Source: Mobula hypostoma | Lineage: Eukaryota | Reading direction: 5' to 3' | Length of the DNA stretch: 64,000 nt | NCBI RefSeq assembly: GCF_963921235.1 | Contig: NC_086097.1 | Span: 98,272,001-98,336,000, forward strand | In this document: positions 63,370-64,000 of the stretch, piece after piece | How positions within the stretch are numbered: the stretch's first letter is position 1 | Layout: each line of letters begins with the position of its first letter | Notes under the pieces: model-generated | Databases searched by the model: none | What the model saw: the letters and a program-made list of their open reading frames with translations, nothing else | What the model was told of the DNA's origin: nothing | Translations under genes and position numbers: made by a program

Positions 63370-64000
63370 ACAAGACACAGCATATCACAAGACAAAGGAG
63401 AAGTAGGCCATTTGGCCCATCGAGTCTACTCCACCATGAGCTAAACTATTCTCCCATCTAGTTCCAATTTCCAGCTTTTTCGCCATATCCCTTGATACTC
63501 TAATTAGATACTTATCAATCTCCTCCTTAAACACCCTCAATGATTGGGCCTCCACAGCTGTATGTGGCAACGAATTCCATAAATCCACGACCCCCTGGCT
63601 AAAAAATTTCTCATCTCAGTCTTAAATGGGTATCCTTTAATTCTAAGACTGTGGCCTCTTATCCTGGACTCACCCACCAAGGGAAACAGTCTCTCCACAT
63701 CTACTCTGTCCAACCCTTTCAACATTCGAAATGTTTCTATGAGATCCCCTCTCATTCTTCTATACTCTAATGCATACAGTCCAAGAGCCGACAGACGCTC
63801 CTCATATGTTAGCCCCTGCATTCCAGGAATCATCCTCGTAAATCTTCTCTGAACTCTCTCCAACATCAGTACATCCCTTCTAAGATAGGGGCCCCAAAAG
63901 TGTACACAGTATTCCAAATGAGGTCTCACCAGTGCCCCATAGAGCCTCATCAACACTTCCTTACTCTTATTCACTATTCCTCTTGAAATGAATGCCAACA
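63370..64000 (-). mobile_element. CR1 LINE 3' fragment (runs off the window)
   Basis: LYGALVRPHLEYCVHFWGPYLRRDVLMLERVQRRFTRMIPGM. Confidence 0.93.

Noticed and set aside
65..63998. Remaining short ORFs in the supplied six-frame track
   Set aside because: They are antisense or off-frame readings of repeats, or chance ORFs in intronic DNA.

Overview
Eukaryotic (vertebrate) genomic DNA, most likely a cartilaginous fish and probably a ray, judged from the repeat landscape (HE1/V-SINE-like and DeuSINE-like SINEs, abundant CR1). The window lies inside one host gene on the minus strand, EXD1 (piRNA-pathway 3'-5' exonuclease-domain protein). Eight internal coding exons can be traced with canonical AG/GT sites and consistent phases; the first and last exons are outside the window. 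The introns are a nested collection of decayed transposons: CR1 LINEs, Rex1/Babar, Penelope remnants, a Charlie/Buster hAT with an 8-bp TSD, three Tc1 copies, Tigger/pogo derivatives, a deleted Gypsy LTR element with PNMA-like Gag traces, and SINEs. No intact transposon ORF was found. The most notable non-coding signal is a family of ~180-220 bp Penelope-derived hairpin insertions with 13-14 bp TSDs that carry minimal hammerhead ribozyme motifs. One hammerhead is intact and in the sense of the EXD1 pre-mRNA, and one hairpin folds back exactly at the predicted cleavage site. Family assignments rest on recalled motifs, not database searches, and repeat boundaries without TSDs are approximate.
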